A stretch of 64,000 bases of DNA from an uncultured Planctomycetota bacterium (lineage in GTDB: Bacteria; Planctomycetota; Planctomycetia; Isosphaerales; Isosphaeraceae). Positions 62,383-64,000 of the stretch are shown here, piece by piece (position 1 is the stretch's first letter; each line of letters opens with the position of its first letter). The notes under the pieces are model-generated. The model was not told the DNA's origin and ran no database searches. It saw only the letters and a program-made list of their open reading frames with translations. The position numbers and the translations under genes were made by a program. The stretch lies in contig CAVTTN010000002.1 of the NCBI GenBank assembly GCA_963737655.1, forward strand, positions 4,160,001 to 4,224,000, in the 5' to 3' direction.

Positions 62383-64000
62383 TTACTTCCCTTCCTTCCC
62401 CTCCTCTTCCTTGGCGCCCTCGGGGCCGCGGATCACCGGCACGTTGGTCGGCAGGGCCTTGGCGAATTCGCGGGCGAACGCCTCGGCCAGCTTGGCGTCG
62501 GTCGCCCCGTTGGCGCCGGCCACGGCGTTCCCCTTGAGGAAGACAGCGTCAGCCAGCCCCACGTTGTTCGAAACAATCATCTTGTCGGCCGCAGAATCGG
62601 CGATCACCGTGATCGTCGCCCCGTCGGCCTTGGCCGTCTCGACGTACTTCTCGAACATCTCCCGGGCCTTCTCGGGCGTCTCATACGGCCGGAGGAAGCC
62701 CTGGAAGTTGACGTCATCCCGGGAATAATCGGCCATGAAGACGTCGTTCAAGAAGCTGAATCCGAAGACGTCCTGCGCCACGAACTTCGTCGCCGACTGC
62801 TTCGGCTCCTTCGGCAGCAACTTGAACACGTCGTTGGGCTCGGGCCCGAGGCCGCCGGGCCGGCCTTCTGGCCGCTCGCCACCCGCCTGGCCAGGTCCAG
62901 GGCGAAGGCCGACAGCTTCGGGTCGTCCTGGGCCAGGTTCACCACCGTGTAATACGGCCCGAGGTGGAAGAAGACGCTCCCGCTCGCCGTGTACGCGCCG
63001 TCGCCCAGCTCCGTCGGCTTCGCGTCGTCGGGCTTCTCCGAGTCGAACTTGGCGCCGGCCCGCAGGGCGTCGCCCATCTCGAACACGAAGAGCTGGACCT
63101 CCGCGTCCTCGTCCTTGCCCGGGTGGTACGAGCAGCACGCCATCCCCTTCACGCCGTTCTGGATGAAGCTCTCGGCCCGGCCGTCCATCTTCTCGTAGAG
63201 GTTCTCGGCGTTGAACGTCTCGACATATTTCGGCGGGCTCACGCCCGGGAGCTTCGAGAGGTTCCAGCCGGCGGGCAGGTCGGAGAGCGGCAGCATCTCG
63301 GCCAGCGCTTTCTGGGGGGCCGGCACCGCCGCGACGATCGCCTCGATCGCCGGCTTCGCCAGGCCGCTGGCGGGCGGAGGCGCCGGAGGGGCGACCTCGC
63401 GAGCCGCGACCGGAGCCGCCGGAGCGCCGGATGAGGCCGGAGCGCCGGCACCCATCTCGGCCGGCTTCGCCTGGACGATGATCTGCTGCTGGGGGGCGTC
63501 CAGGCCGATCGACTTGCGGACCTTCCCCATCCGCTCCAGGACCTCGTTCATCTCGGGGACGACCGCCGGGTTGGCGATCGCCGCCTCGCGGAGGGCCAGC
63601 ATCGCCGTGTCCAGGCTCTTGACCGAGTTCACCAGGTCGCGGCGGACCTCCGCCAGCCGTTTTTCCTCGGCGCGAACCGCCTCGTCCAGCATCTCGGCCG
63701 ACTTCAAACGATCGAGGACCTCGTACCGCCGCCCCTCGTCCACCGGGGTGATCGTCCGGTTCGGGTCGAACTCGTACCGCTTCTGGTCGTAGTGCTCGCC
63801 CTTGAGCATCACCGCCAGGAGGATGGCCGGGATGCCCATGACCATCATCATCGAGCAGACGACCGACCACCACGACGGCCTCTGCAACGTCCGCCCTCGC
63901 CGGGCGTTGAACCACTTCATCCCGCCCATCAAGGCGAACGCCAGCGGGGTGGAGGCCAGCGCGATCCCGGCCGCCAGCAACGCCACGGCCGAGGTCGGGC
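62383..64000 (-). CDS. DUF6599-like membrane-anchored protein, 5'-truncated, with an indel at 62836-62838
   Basis: TMs, then ENLYEKMDGRAESF..FEMG motif. The second frame PNDVFKLLP..VFGFSFL joins if one base is restored; the frame is open to the window edge. Confidence 0.72.
   Translation of the reverse strand, partial: PDLGRGVAGGRDRAGLHPAGVRLDGRDEVVQRPARADVAEAVVVVGRLLDDDGHGHPGHPPGGDAQGRALRPEAVRVRPEPDDHPGGRGAAVRGPRSFEVGRDAGRGGSRRGKTAGGGPPRPGELGQEPGHGDAGPPRGGDRQPGGRPRDERGPGADGEGPQVDRPGRPPAADHRPGEAGRDGCRRSGLIRRSGGSGRGSRGRPSGASARQRPGEAGDRGDRRGGAGPPESAGRDAAALRPARRLEPLEAPGREPAEICRDVQRREPLREDGRPGRELHPERREGDGVLLVPPGQGRGRGGPALRVRDGRRPAGRRQVRLGEARRREADGAGRRRVHGERERLLPPRAVLHGGEPGPGRPEAVGLRPGPGQAGGERPEGRPGGLGPEPNDVFKLLPKEPKQSATKFVAQDVFGFSFLNDVFMADYSRDDVNFQGFLRPYETPEKAREMFEKYVETAKADGATITVIADSAADKMIVSNNVGLADAVFLKGNAVAGANGATDAKLAEAFAREFAKALPTNVPVIRGPEGAKEEEGKEGK

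Overview
GC-rich chromosomal window from a planctomycete. The 16S carries the Pla46 site GGATTAGGCATGCAAGTC and the 5S is short (~110 nt); gene content suggests Isosphaerales, which is an inference. From left to right it contains: a 5'-truncated beta-helix repeat protein, a Ser/Thr kinase-TM-FGE receptor and an exported caspase-WD40-caspase; a K+-independent membrane pyrophosphatase; an ExbB/ExbD/ExbD/vWA operon; a DUF433/DUF5615 toxin-antitoxin pair; a double-length UvrA; a PPi-type PFK; a full tRNA-less rRNA operon; rlmN, an ECF sigma, comF, hemC, a HAD hydrolase and P-II; an RpoD-family sigma; a PspA/ESCRT-III-like + FHA + kinase + membrane protein cluster; TPR, redoxin, a third kinase, an ECF sigma/zinc-finger pair, an ASPIC/UnbV lipoprotein and treZ; and a DUF6599-DUF362-polyferredoxin operon interleaved with three Uma2 nucleases. 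Non-coding DNA holds several REP/REPIN-like palindrome families, including a nested ~210-bp element present twice with its central loop flipped between copies. Seven single-base indels break conserved genes and are probably sequencing errors; six of them can be placed on a GRGCYC hexamer, a possible methylation footprint. All domain calls come from motif recognition by eye, not from searches.
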